DNA of 64,000 nucleotides from Plasmodiophora brassicae (Eukaryota): NCBI GenBank assembly GCA_036867785.1, contig CP145418.1, positions 310,001 to 374,000 of the forward strand, read 5' to 3'. Shown piece by piece: positions 63,415 to 64,000 of this stretch (position 1 is its first letter; each line of letters starts with the position of its first letter). The notes under the pieces were generated by a model. It saw only the letters and a program-made list of their open reading frames with translations, ran no database searches and was not told where the DNA came from. The position numbers and the translations under genes were made by a program.

Positions 63415-63857
63415 AACGCTCTCGAACCACTGCAGCACGTAGACGCCGCAGTTCCACGTGTCCGTTTGCCTGTTGTATATAGGCCTCGGTGGTTGGCCCA
63501 CCACAGCAGGTCGCCACAGCTCTTCGGCAGCCTGCCCAGCGGCCAATTGGATTCAACGGTATATCTGGTTCGCGTACCGGGGGACGGTCATTGTGTGCGG
63601 CAGTCTTCCCAACAACCGCCTGTGCACTATCCGCACCATGCACGCCGGTTTTAGCAAGCGCATGCGCAGCACAGTGACCTCCCCCGGTACGCGAACTAAG
63701 ATGTACCGTTGAATCCAGTTCACCGCAGGGCAGGCTGCCGAAGAGCTGTGACGACCTGCTGTGGTGCGCCAACCACCGAGGCCTATACAAATACGCCAAC
63801 AAGCAAACAGACACGTGCAACTGCGGCGTGTACGTGCTGCAGTGGTTCGAGAGCGTT
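63415..63857. repeat. Inverted duplication of a Ulp1/C48-like peptidase fragment
   Basis: Arms ~63415-63599 and ~63665-63857. The right arm encodes KQTDTCNCGVYVLQWFES on +, and the left arm carries the mirrored CGVYVLQWFESV on -. Confidence 0.8.
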
Positions 63858-64000
63858 GAATGCTGACTGAGGACCAGGGCGCGGCTGGTGAAGGCCTTGG
63901 TATCGGAACGTGGCTTAAACGGCTGCCGGCTCCTGCCTTTGTCGTCCATTTCTGGGGGTGACAGGATTTCCTTGTACGGAGGATACCTATCCCACATCGT

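Noticed and set aside
1-64000. CRISPR array, rRNA or prokaryotic operon
   Set aside because: No regularly spaced repeat-spacer array or rRNA-like sequence seen; spliceosomal introns show the DNA is eukaryotic.

Overview
Gene-dense eukaryotic DNA, GC-rich by eye, with short (~50-70 nt) GT-AG introns. The gene content and style suggest a plasmodiophorid protist such as Plasmodiophora (inference only). (1) 237-12498: a tandem minus-strand array of seven paralogues (one degraded) of an unrecognised membrane-protein family. Each has a signal peptide, a coiled-coil stalk of highly variable length, two glycine-zipper segments, an 'LPW' TM helix and a conserved C-terminal RPSx(I/V)x(Y/F). (2) Recognisable genes: DJ-1, a 2H/PTP/kinase/RNA-ligase repair fusion, two secreted ankyrin paralogues, a PRKCSH-like protein, ELP2, a lectin membrane protein, Fes1, a class C GPCR, a PLS-like PPR protein, a spliced Mia40/GCK-like CHCH gene missed by the ORF track, Hsp70, DOHH, bZIP, a GPI-type low-complexity protein, GMP synthase, a RhoGEF and a TIS11-like CCCH protein. 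(3) A complete 950-bp miniature LTR retroelement with identical TG...CA LTRs, a 5-bp TSD, a PPT and a PBS resembling a half tRNA-Asn. It sits inside the lectin gene and truncates it. (4) Three foldback structures: a 183-nt hairpin, inverted hAT 3' ends and an inverted Ulp1-like fragment. All calls come from motif recognition by eye; no searches were run.
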